The notes under the pieces are model-generated. The model was not told the origin of the DNA and ran no database searches. It was given only the letters and a program-made list of their open reading frames with translations. A stretch of DNA of 64,000 nucleotides from the NCBI RefSeq assembly GCF_001194135.2, contig NC_068988.1, forward strand, positions 44,648,899-44,712,898, written 5' to 3'. The stretch is from Octopus bimaculoides. Taxonomy: Eukaryota. The position numbers and the translations under genes are program-made. Below are positions 12,810 to 23,989 of this stretch, piece by piece. Each line of letters starts with the position of its first letter. The first letter of the stretch is position 1.

Positions 12810-13670
12810 AATATATGCATATATCCATACATATATGTACATACCTACATCTATATGTATATGTACATATACATATATACGCATATATGGGTACAGGACA
12901 TCAAAAATCGTTAAACACAATGAGAAACGAAAACATAGAAAACGAGCTTTTTTCGAACAACGAAAAAGAAGCAGAGAAATGAGACATGCAACATAAAGAG
13001 TGTACCCCTTCGTCAGTTGTCCCTGTTTCATCTACTCCACGTTTGGAAGGCAAGGACAAGACGCGACTTTGTTGAAACAGTCCTTCCTGCAAAGCAAATT
13101 AAATAAAATTTGGGATTTTTTGCGGTGGGTGAAAGTGTTAACAAGAACAGGACAGTGAGAACAAGACTGTAAAAACAAACGGTGAGGGTTGTTGAGCCAA
13201 GACGGTAGAAAAATTATTATGAACGCTAGGTAGACGAGCCACGAAGGAGACAAGTGAGGCACGACTTTTCTTTAGGAAGGAAATGGACAGAAACATAGAT
13301 CCCCTTTCTTCGTCACGTGTCAGCGACGAGAGAGTGGGAACGGTGAAAGGGAGAAAAGAATAGGGAAAGGATGAGAGAGAAATACAGAAAGGATGAAGAA
13401 CAAGAGAGGGAGAGAGATAGACAAAGAAGAGTTAGTAGAAGACTGCGCATCGTAATTATTAAGATAAAACTTACTTGGAAAAGGATGCGTGGCGTTCGAT
13501 CATATAATAATATAAATAATATATAAATATATGCATATATATATATACATATATGTATATACCTACATCTATATGTATATATACATGCATATATGGATAG
13601 AGGACATCAAAAAAACGTTAAACACAATGAGAAACGAAAATATAAAAACGAAAACATAGAAAACGAGGAA
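12790..13670 (-). mobile_element. Non-coding repeat with ~150-bp partial direct terminal duplication, possibly Penelope pLTR-derived
   Basis: 12810-12950 is duplicated at 13530-13670 (catatatggg/atagaggacatcaaaaa..cgttaaacacaatgagaaacgaaaa). The minus strand carries a ctgacga motif and an intron-like segment. The PLE assignment is inference. Confidence 0.45.
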
Positions 13671-13859
13671 TATGAACTCAATATTGCAATGTCAGCATGA
13701 ATAATGACAATATCAGCACAAAATCAACAATAAAATTCTACAGAGTTTTATACCAGAATTAGTAAACATTACTTGAAGGTTTAAAAAACTATATTCGCTC
13801 TATTACTTATTTTGAGAGCATGTTTTTTCTGGCTTATGGACAACTAACTGATAATGATT

Positions 13860-13861
<2 letters not shown>

Positions 13862-13949
<88 letters not shown>

Positions 13950-13970
13950 GTGTGTGTGTGCATGTGTGTG
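13862..13970. repeat. (GT)n microsatellite
   Basis: Direct observation. Confidence 0.95.
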
Positions 13971-14253
13971 TAATCCAAAAGTTTTAGACATTAGCAGACC
14001 CACTGTCTGCTAAGTTGTGTCACTCTGAATGCCTTGAAAGCCATAAATCAACCATCCCTGTCTTTTTCTATCTTCTGTTTTGTTCTTTCTTCTTTCTCAT
14101 TGCAATGCTGATCACCGACAAGAATTTTCTTCTTGAAGGTGTGATTCTATTATTTTATTTCTATCATTTGTATTTATTATTACTATTGTTATTATTACTA
14201 TTACTGTTATTGTGTTTTCTATTGATTTTATTGTTATCGTTACTGTTGTTATG

Positions 14254-14289
<36 letters not shown>

Positions 14290-16730
14290 ATTGTTATTAT
14301 CATTATCCTTTTCTGTCAATTTTGTTTCAATTTCTTTCCGTGTGTCTTCGCGACACCTAGGGCAAAAGAACTCACTGTGTACATTGGTAGACCGTTAAAA
14401 TAAACACACCAGATTGTTCATTTACAAAGCTCTGTGATAGAAAATAGAGGAAGAAAGAAGGAGTGAAAAAGAAAGATGAAAATATAAAAAAGAATGAAAA
14501 AATGAAAAAAGAAAACAAAGAAAATAAAGAGGGAAAAAAATTCACAGTGACAATGCTCTTCTCAATATGTGTGACGTACCAGTTAAAACAATCTTTTGCA
14601 CTTCTTGCATGAATAATAAGCCAGGGATCATTCTCAAATAATTTTCAGTTCCTTTTTTGATCATTCCATGTGCTCCTACAATCAATGGTATTGTAACGTC
14701 TTGAGATGTCACATTTTACGATTTCAATCAGCAAATCTTTATATTTTCTGCGCTTATCAAATTCTTTTGCCGAGATACTATGGTCATAGGGTATGCTCAT
14801 GTCAATCAGTAAACAGATTTTATTGTTTTGATCTTTCACAACAATATCTGGTTTATTAGCTTTGGTGGTCCGATCTGTATGTACCGGAAAGTCCCAAAGA
14901 ATCATTACATTTTCTCCCTCAGTTACAGCCTCAGGGTGGTGCTTATACTATTTGTCAGCAGTTTTGATTTTATAATGCCAACGTATTAACCAGGGTAGAT
15001 ATTAGCAAACTCTGTCACGTCTTGATTTATACTCTATAGGTGCCAAACTTTACACCCAGAAATTAGATGAACCACTGTTTCAATCTCATCATTGTAGTAG
15101 CGGCATTGTGGGTCTGCTCTATTTTTCGTCACATTGGCTTGGTAGTTACGGATCAATAAGCTCTGATCTTGAGCAGCTGAGATAAAGCCTTCGTCTCTGC
15201 TTTTAGGCCTGAGCTCTGTAACTACTGATGCATGTGCTTTTGATCTACATCAACTTGTTTGCTACGGGCTACATATTTGCAATGCAAAGGTTTTTGTTCC
15301 TACCTATTAGCCAATTGTTCACAAGCCTTTGCCTTTGCCATTGATTTCACCTTCTTTGCAACAACAGTTGCTGCACTTCCATCATGCTGTTCAGCCTGGT
15401 TATTATGTATGAACTCACTAGCAACATTTTTATTCTCCTTCATAACAGAATGAAGTTTCTTATGTCTCTTGTGGTTTTCAATGAGTTTTAGCATTCAGTC
15501 GCTAGATGTTTCAAGATATTTGGCCAGTCAGATATTTGGTTTTGTCAGAGATTTTAAATTGGATCAAGCCTCAACCTCCAATGGGTCTGGGTAGGTAAAG
15601 ACAATTTGCGCCTGCTTTTAGGTGATGGATCTTATTGCAAGTCAGCAGCTTATGGATTTTCTTTCGCTGACATTCCAGTTCAACACATTGAAACTATAAA
15701 TAACTGGAATCGCTAAGGAATTTATGGCTAACACTTTGTTATGTGCATTTAACTCATGTCTTTGGCAATAAAGTTTTAAGTCACTCATAAAATTTTATAC
15801 CCATCTCCTGTTCTGTTAAGATCACTTGAAAAGGGTATTAGGACTATGCAAAAAATTAGAGGTGAAAGAGAGTCACTCTGAAAAACGCCGCAGTTGATAT
15901 TAATTTTGTTTGAAGTCAGCACTCCATTAGAGTAGTATGATTGGAGATTCGTATTTCACAGTGACGTGCGCTTCAGGAAGTTTGAAATTACAAAAGAAAT
16001 TTTGAAGATATCCAGCGATTTCAAGATCTATGAATGCGGTATGCTGTCAAAGGCGTTTTCTTTATAATCAATCCATGCAGACCAGAGATTTTTGCGTTTG
16101 TTATGAAATTCTCAAGAATCATACAATTGATTAGAAATTGATCTTTGCTTCTATACGAGCCTCGTCGTCACCATTTTTGTTCAGTGGAGAAATTATTGTT
16201 TAGTTCCATAAATGCGTATGATTTTTTCTACGAGGATGGATGTTAAAATTTTATGTGGTAGACACGCAGGTTGTGGGCCAATAGTTTTGGGGAAATTTGG
16301 TTTCATTATTCTTTGGAAGAAGGTAAGTAGTACCACTTGCTAACCAATCAGGTGTTTTCTTAGGATCTCCCATAATTTCATTGAATAACTGAACTAACTT
16401 TTCATGTGCGCATAGGAGCGATGCGAGCCAGAAATTTGCACCCCTTCCCTATCTTTACCAGAGGATTTCCACTTATGAGCCTTCGTGAGTGTCATCCTTA
16501 GGTCTGCTATTGTGATGTCTTCACATGCTTGATCTGGTAGATTTCGGTAGGATTCTTCTGTGCGTCTAATCCAATCTGCATTTTCATTGCAATGTTTTTT
16601 CATCACTTCGTATATTTTACCAAAAGTTTCCAACTTTTTCCATGTTTATTTTCGACGTGAAATGTTTTCGTATTGGATGTGAACAGCTTGTAAAACTTGT
16701 TTCACTTCTCAAATCTTCGTATTCTTTGAG
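14290..16730 (-). mobile_element. Decayed R4/Dong-clade non-LTR retrotransposon (RT, CCHC knuckle, restriction-like endonuclease) ending in (TAA)n
   Basis: Minus strand: KAHKWKSSGKD, GCRRGSY, WIDYK(K)AFDSIPH, GVFQSDSLSPL, AETEGFISAAQDQSL, CRYY..ETVVHLISGC, ILWDFPVHTDRTTKANKPDIVVKD...LIDMSIP, EVQKIVLTGTSHILRRALSL*. The YMDD region is deleted. The 3' UTR runs into an (AAT)n tract at ~14140-14290. Confidence 0.92.
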
Positions 16731-16994
16731 CTTTATCACCACCACCACCACCACCACCACCACCACCACCACCATCATCATCATCGTCATCGTCATCATC
16801 ATCATCATCATCATCATCATCACCACCACCACCACCATGTATGTGCACGTGTGTTTGATGTACATTTGGAGTCACCTGGTTATGCATCCGGGGACTTATG
16901 CATTTGATGGTAAACTGGGATTTACCCTTATCTCATGCTTTTTGGTCTTTATCAAACTACAATCTGTTGCATGAATTAGCAAAGTGAGAACTCG

Positions 16995-17572
16995 GGTGCT
17001 ACTTCAGCGAGCCATCTACTGCAATATCCTACGTTAGCGTGCGGTATACCTTTTCTTATCCTTTTACACTTTAGCCTGTTATCTACCTCCAATAATAACT
17101 TTATACTGCAGGATAATAAAGACAAATTGAATAATATTGAATAATGATTTATTAATAACTTGTTGATGTCCGTATAATGAAAAAAAAAATAAAATAACGG
17201 TTACCTTTCCGAATAGAACGCGAAATTTGACACTCTTTTCGAGGACAACGAAATATAGGCCGGTATTCTCCACTTCTGTCACATTTTCGTTTTCCTTGCA
17301 TGACACTACCACATCGATAACAAGAGTCTGCTTATAATGATGTATCCAAAAGATTGTTTTCTTGTAAAAATGCAATTGCTGTTTCCTCTGTAAAAATTAT
17401 ACGTCTTTGGAAATCCTCTAACAACATTGTAATGGTTAAAATTAACTCAGTTTAAAAGGGTAAGAAAAGGTAGACCGCACGCTACTAGTAATTTCACAGC
17501 GTAGACAGGATTTTGCGGTAGACCACACGCTAAAGTAGGATACTGCGGTAGACCGCACGCTAAAGTGGCGTC
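16995..17572 (-). mobile_element. Internally deleted Merlin (IS1016/IS1595-related) DNA transposon
   Basis: Perfect 8-bp TSD agaactcg (16987-16994 and 17573-17580). Termini GGTGCTAC and GACGCCAC(rc). Long TIRs with 30-bp subterminal repeats; 36-bp inner TIR block 17035-17070 vs 17449-17484 has 3 mismatches. The minus-strand remnant from ATG 17427 reads MLLEDFQRRIIFTEETAIAFLQENNLLDTSL*ADSCYRCGSVM...IFRCPRKECQISRSIRKGN, a Zn-ribbon like the Merlin transposase N-terminus. Confidence 0.85.
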
Positions 17573-18129
17573 AGAACTCGTATGGTGGCAAGAACAACGT
17601 ATGCGTTTTTGTTTTTTACCATCTTGTACATATATCTATTGTTCATTTGTTCCACCATAGATGCTGCGTTATTACATGTATAAATCCACAAATAACAGCT
17701 TTATGTCAGCAGTCAATAAAATAATTATGCTTTAAAGATATTTATTGAATAAATTTTCTCCCGCTTGTTACTATTGCTATACCACTGAGAGAAATCTACA
17801 TTAAGAGATTAACTGAGAAGATTGAAAGTTGAGAAAATGAATTGGAAAGTTATCTTTTTTCGACAAACATATGTCGATCTCACCGCCAGATAGCAAGTTC
17901 GATTTCAAAACTCACAGATATCAACGCAAATGAATGACATGAAAAGATTTAAAGTGGACTCAATCACGAGTATTAAAAAAGCGAGATTCGACAGCAATCT
18001 ACTGATAATTTTCAAAACGAGCTAAAATTGTATTTTAGACTCTATCAATTCTAACAACTTAGGCAAATACGACTAAAAATCGTGTGATCTTGATTTAAAT
18101 ACTAACAGCAAAGTATAACTAGACACTAT

Positions 18130-18800
18130 AAAGAAGACAGATAAGAGAACTAACCAAAACACATGTAACAGTAATTATAATGACTTAGTCACAGAGTTAA
18201 AAATTAACGACCGGATTGAACATCTTCGTGTACGTAAGTCGTATTTAATGTTTAAGGTAATGTTATGGAGATACTCAAACGTATACTATTTGGCCATATA
18301 GTTAATAAACTGGACATAGTCTGCAAAAAAGAAAAAAAAACATTAGATTTGATAAATACAAGAATTAGGTTAGTTACAAAGTTTATACAAATAGAATTCT
18401 AAGTGCAGCCATCAAGTAATTTAATAGTATCGAAGGCAAAATCATGCAGATTCATTCAGTTAAATATCTTGAAGTTTTACTGATCCATTTCTCGGAGCCT
18501 TCTTCTGCAAAGTCTTTAATTCGGTAAATTTCCACATCGCCATCACATCAACAAAATAGTAAACACAAGGAAGTCATTGTTATTTTGCTATAATTTTTCG
18601 TGATTCAACAAAAAGACATGGAAACAAGGTTATTGATGTATATTTGTGATTCTTTGATGTGCAAACATCAGATCCTACCGACATATTTAGTCTACACATA
18701 ATGAAAAATAGAGTAAAAGGCTCGAACAAAGGCATATAACAAGACAACGGACTCACTACACTATGAACGGACAGGATGGACAAACTTAGGAAAACAATAA
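18130..18800 (+). mobile_element. Decayed Penelope-like RT fragment of a different clade (FDVTMG/YRDDGL type, possibly Naiad-like)
   Basis: ELKINDRIEHLR, AAIK*FNSIEGK/SCRFIQLNILKFY*SIS (~FIQFDIxEFYPSI), TRKSLLF, GI*QDNGL (~GLYRDDGL). Many stops and frameshifts; the clade name is from memory. Confidence 0.65.
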
Positions 18801-18845
18801 TTGGTTTATTCAGATATTTTAATTCAAGTACAATAGATGCACAGC

Positions 18846-18996
18846 ACCAGTGTAGCGAGAGTGTGTGCCGCCTGGGGTGGCCCTTTAGTTTGTCGCCTAC
18901 GGGTCTCCATAAAAATACTTATTGCCTACAGCAAACCCGAAAGTGGTGCCACCCCCCATAAAAGTACCCCCTTCTCTCCCTTCCAGTCACGCTAGT
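18846..18996. mobile_element. Possible short GC-rich MITE
   Basis: Weak terminal inverted match (caccagtgtagc vs rc cactagcgtgac, 8/12) and internal ggggtggc/gccacccc. No TSD seen. Confidence 0.25.
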
Positions 18997-19216
18997 GATA
19001 TACAAATGAAAATAGTAAATTTTGGGGACATAATATGGAACGCAAACAGGGAAGTACTCTACACTAGAGGCCAATGAACAAACTATACACATTAATAAAG
19101 ACTCTAACTATCCGGCTCAGTTATGCAACACATCACAGGCAACAATATCAATAGATACATTTCCGATGTATCCACAGACAAGTACATGTGTAATAAAGCG
19201 GCCTTTTTTTTATATA

Positions 19217-19427
19217 AAGGGTGGCCCAAAAGTAAGTTTACAATTATCACATAGGCACTTTAAATTTTTTTAAAAACATTTTATTATATTTAATTTATAT
19301 CTTACAATTAACTAAATTAGCATACAATAATGGTTTCATATTTTTTTATAATTAAGATCTAAATTGTTAATATATGAATGCAAAAGAGATAGCTGAATAA
19401 CTGTAAACCTACTTTTGGACCACCCTG
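19217..19427. mobile_element. Tc1/mariner-type MITE
   Basis: 29-bp TIRs (a/c)agggtgg(c/t)ccaaaagta(a/g)gtttaca(a/g)tt with 4 mismatches, TA on both sides (19215-16, 19428-29), AT-rich non-coding interior. Confidence 0.85.
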
Positions 19428-19724
19428 TATAATAGAGCTTGAAGGCGAAGCGATCTTAACGAAGTTGTATAGAATGATATACTAAGTGGACTAGGTACTT
19501 TGCACCTCTTAGAAATGTGGATCTTGTACATAAATCAGAAACAATTATTCCCAGTATTCTGCCCTTTCATTTATGAGTGGAACAAGTAATATACTGTTTA
19601 ATAAAAATATAGCAATAAACTGATAAAAAAGAGAAAAAGAAAGCAAAGGAGCAGAAATGTTACAAATATTCTTTTCTATTCTAGGCGCAAAGCCCGAAAT
19701 TTTGGGCGGATAAATAAAAATAAC

Positions 19725-20410
19725 AAGGATGCACAGTATGACAGAAGAAGATACATCAGTACCAGTGCGGCTTTTTTGCGCATCTTCAATTTTCCCATTC
19801 ATGAGAGGCACCCAGTCATCCTTCATCTGAGTGTCCATCTAGAGAATGGCCACAAGGTTATCTTTACAAAACAAACAGCCTTGCAACAAGCACTTTCTCC
19901 AAAAGAAACTACTCTTACTGTCTTTTTTAAGTTGTGTCAAGTAGATGAAAATGCAAGAAAACTTCTTTATCTACAATTACTCAAGTATTACACCCGGAGA
20001 AACAATAAATGGCACAAGAGGAAACGGGCTGACACCTTTTTTGCACTTATACTGAACATGTCTCAACTTGGCAGTCCCCTACAGCTTTGGATGAAACATC
20101 GTGAGGACATGGCTGAGGACTTAAAGTATGCAGTTCAGTAGGCAAACCCAGATATCAATATTCAGCTCTCCGAAACAATTTTTAACCGAGCACTGATTGA
20201 AATTGAGAATCAAGTTTTGGTCATGGGAGGCAAAATTTTCAAGTGTCTGGCTTTGGACTGCCAAAAACAAACCGTGAAATTAGTGATTTAGCTTCAAGAG
20301 ATATTGTAAGAGAGACAAATTATGACATCACAGAATTGGCTGCATTTGTGAATCAACATGAACCTAAACTTCTTCCAGAACAACGCTGTGCATATGATCA
20401 AATTTTTCGT
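19725..20410 (+). mobile_element. Helitron Rep-Helicase fragment (region between Rep and PIF1 helicase)
   Basis: QYDRRRYISTSAAFLRIFNFPIHERHPVILHLSVHLENGHKVIF...ETTLTVFFKLCQ...LWMKHREDMAEDL...FNRALIEIENQVL..GG...GFGLP...LLPEQRCAYDQI, matching the typical Helitron RYISxxEAxWRIFxFPIHERxPxVxxLxVHLENGQ. Internal deletion after KWHKRKR and an in-frame stop. Confidence 0.9.
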
Positions 20411-20463
20411 TTATTATTATTATTATTATTATTATTATTGTTATTAGAAGTAGTAGTAGTAGC

Positions 20464-20506
<43 letters not shown>

Positions 20507-20665
20507 TTACAAATACGGGTAAGGTCNNNNNNNNNNNNNNNNNNNNNNNNNNNNNNNNNNNNNNNNNNNNNNNNNNNNNNNNNNNNNNNNNNNNNNNNNN
20601 NNNNNNNNNNNNNNNNNNNNNNNNNNNNNNNNNNNNNNNNNNNNNNNNNNNNNNNNNNNNNNNNN

Positions 20666-20714
<49 letters not shown>

Positions 20715-20856
20715 TGTGTGTGTATGTGTTTGCGTTTGCGTGTGTGCACATAACTTGTATGTAAAATGGGTTAATGTGCCTCATTTATATTCTCTATATG
20801 CATGCTCAAAGACACTCACATAGCCCCTCCTATATATATATATATATTATTTATAT

Positions 20857-21248
20857 GCCTGTGGCACGTAAAAGCACCTTCTGAGTGTTGGGTCTTATGG
20901 AAGCAAGGACCGAGACCATTTGGCATTATGCCATGTTTTGAGCATTAGGCCTCATGGAAGCAGTGACCGAGTTCTTTTGGCATTATGGGTTGCTTGAGAA
21001 GAAGACCCATCAAGCCAAGTAAAACTGCAGTTGTGACAGATACTGGTGTCACACAAATGGCACTCCTGCCGGTGGCATGTAAAAGCACGCATTACACTCT
21101 CGGAGTGGTTGGTATTAGGAAGGGCATCCAGCCATGGAAATCATGCCAAAACAGACTGGAGTCTGATGCAGCCTTCCAGCTTGCCAGCCCTGGTCAAACC
21201 ATCCAACCTATGCCAGCATGGACAATAAGCGTTAAATGATGATGACGA

Positions 21249-21252
<4 letters not shown>
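20857..21252 (+). mobile_element. RTE-related SINE-like retroposon with (GAT)n tail
   Basis: ggcatgtaaaagcac...ggagtggttggtattaggaagggcatccagc...ccatccaacctatgccagcatgg...gttaaatgatgatg; same family as 26143, 52190 and 62065. Confidence 0.75.
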
Positions 21253-21283
<31 letters not shown>

Positions 21284-21304
21284 TAGATAGATAGATAGAT
21301 AGAT

Positions 21305-21510
21305 ATAGTCAATCCAGACATGAACAAGCAGGAAAAACACGAAAAAACAACAACGCGAGGACATGGAATAAGTACAGTGTTATTGGACGCTCAGGAAAGG
21401 AAAGAAAAGAAAGAGGATTTCACGTTTCGAACGGAGCTCTTCATCAGAAATATAGAAAAAGTCAAAAGAGAAGACGGAGAAAGAAAATCGCCAACGTTGC
21501 CCACGCGGTC
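21305..21510 (-). mobile_element. Short Penelope-derived terminal repeat carrying a minimal hammerhead motif
   Basis: Contains rc atttctgatgaagagctccgttcgaaacgtgaaat (see ncRNA feature). Confidence 0.55.
21417..21451 (-). ncRNA. Minimal type I hammerhead ribozyme relic
   Basis: AUUU-CUGAUGA-A-GAGC(ucc)GUUC-GAAA-CGU-G-AAAU: stem I 4 bp, stem II 4 bp, palindromic ACGU stem III. The cleavage triplet is GUG rather than NUH. Confidence 0.65.
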
Positions 21511-21559
21511 ACACACACACACACACATATATATATACAATTATATATGTATGTGCATG

Positions 21560-21641
<82 letters not shown>

Positions 21642-22142
21642 CACACATATATGTATATATGTTTGAAAGAGAAACATAGACAACGTGCATGAACACCCCT
21701 TCATATGAAACAAACTATGAACATTACGTGTTTAGCTCGCATAAACGCTGTGCCCAACCAATATGACTAGGGAGAAATAATGCAAATGAATGCTCCAATG
21801 AACGCTATAATGCTGTCTAAAAATATTCACATACCATGTAAGGTGACATCAATGTCTGCTAGGTGGATTTCGTGTCTGTCAAGAAAGCTTCTTCATAATC
21901 ATTTTACCACTTTATTATTATTATTTTAATATTAATGACGATGGATGAAGAGAAAACATTTGTATTACTCTGTTACTGCTGTTTCTGAATGTGGCTCCAG
22001 TGTTAATAATGCAATACTTATCTCTACAAATGATCAGATATATGTATAATATTGGGATTTTGACAACTGTTATTCTTATAGAACTTACATATACCTGAGT
22101 AAGATTACTAGAACTATTTTACCAGTGATTAGGAAAGATATC

Positions 22143-23249
22143 TGATATGTCCCGCATTGTGACGATGTTTCCTTGTCTGGGTGACTGGCTTCAACAGCGT
22201 ACCTTGCTGACTGACACTACTTACTGAGTCTGTCCACTATTTATTAGTAGTGAACCAGCCCACCTCTCACCTAGGGGTGTCCGCCACAACACCTCCCCCT
22301 TTTGAAAATTTTTTCTACTTTCAATACAACATTATATTTTTTTCTTTATTTCTTTGTCTTCCACACACAGAAATATTTTTCTCTTCTTATTCAGAAATTT
22401 TCTTGTTCTATGCAGAATATATTTTGTTTTCACAATGCTGCAGGTGGTACCAGTCTACATTAACGTATAGCGACCTGACTTAAATCTTTTGAATGAACTC
22501 ATTATTATTATTATTTTTTGTTCCACACAGAACCATGTTTTTTTTCTTCAAAATGCCGCAGGTTGTACCAGTCTACATTGTATACTGCTAGTGCTACTAC
22601 ATAGAGCGACCTGACTCAAATCCTTCAAACGGACTTATATTATTTTTCACTGTGTGTAGTTCAGTTCTGTGTTAGAGTTCCAATTTTGTCAGGCTTTTTT
22701 TTTCTTCAGAATCTTTTTATTTTTATATATTTTTCACTGTGTGTATATTACTTTTCACTGTGTGAAGTTCAATTCTGTGTTAGATTTCCTGTTTTATCTG
22801 ACATTTTTCTTTCAGAATCTTTTTTATATATTTTTCACTGCATGTAGTTCAGTTCTGTGTTAGAGCTGCAATTTGTCAGACATTGTTTTCTATATATTTT
22901 TCACTGTGTAAAGTTCAGTTATTTGTTAGAGTTCTAGTTTTATCTGACAATTTTTTTCTTCAGAATCCTTTTATTTTCTTCTTCAGATTCGTTTTTCTTA
23001 TATATTTTTCACTGTGTATATATTATTTTTCACTGTGAAATTCAAATCCCACCTCAGGATTTTTAACATTTTTCCACTGCACGAGCTCTGAATCCTCGTT
23101 GCCACTGATATGCCTCACATTATGATGACGTATTTCATCATCTGCATGACTGGCCTGAGCGTACCATGCTGACTGATATTACTTAATGAGTCTGTCCACT
23201 ATTAGTAGTGGACCAGCTCACTTTTCACCTGGGGGTGTCCGACACAACA
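22143..23249 (-). mobile_element. Non-autonomous LTR retrotransposon (TRIM-like) with non-coding, tandemly repeated interior
   Basis: LTRs 22143-22291 and 23106-23249, both TG...CA, roughly 75-80% identical. 5-bp TSD atatc (22138-22142, 23250-23254). PBS rc TGGCAACGAGGAT (23092-23104), 1 nt from the 5' LTR. PPT rc AAAAGGGGGAGG (22292-22303) abuts the 3' LTR. Confidence 0.85.
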
Positions 23250-23989
23250 ATATCTAACGCAGCTACTTAGCAAAGTAATTTCTTTTGGATTATCTTATCC
23301 AAGCAAACAAGAAAAAGAAAATAAATCCTGCAAAAGGATGAAAGATATTCAAAAATATATTTATGCAGGCCCTGCTTTGTTATATAATTCATAGCCTACA
23401 GAGTGGCTTCCCCCCTCTCTCTCTCAATATACATGTTATTACAAAACTCGTTTATGATGTTTGATTAAATGTACTCAGAGAATAGACTGAATTATAAACA
23501 GTACCAAACTCAAATTATAGTTTTATATATTCTGATTTTATTTTCCTAACTTATGAACGTTGGGCCAATATTTAATGTTTGTTCATGCAAAACATGGAAT
23601 TACACAGAATATGGGATTTGACTATACAAGTGCAAAGGAATATACATTTTCATAAGACTTTGAACTTTGAACTTTTTTTATTTCTCAGTTATGACCATAC
23701 CCTTCCCTCTTTTCTTATCTTCCCCACACTACTTCCTAAAATTAACATCTTGAAAGGTCACCAGCCCTTGTGAGAAAATGTGTTTATTTACAAATATGCT
23801 GATAGGTATACAATGGGGAAAAAGAAGAAAAAAAGAACAAGAAGAAAAGCGAAAAGAAAAAATGAAAAATGATTTATAATGAAATTTCAATGGGTTGACC
23901 ACATCAAATTGAAAAGAAACCATTCTCTCTCTCCCATCCCTCTCTCTCTCTCTTCATCTCTCTCCCTCCCATAATGATGATGATATATA

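Noticed and set aside
12995-13050. ctgacga plus ccttccaaacgt (minus strand) as a type II hammerhead
   Set aside because: GAAA is mutated, the triplet is GUG and stem I cannot form.
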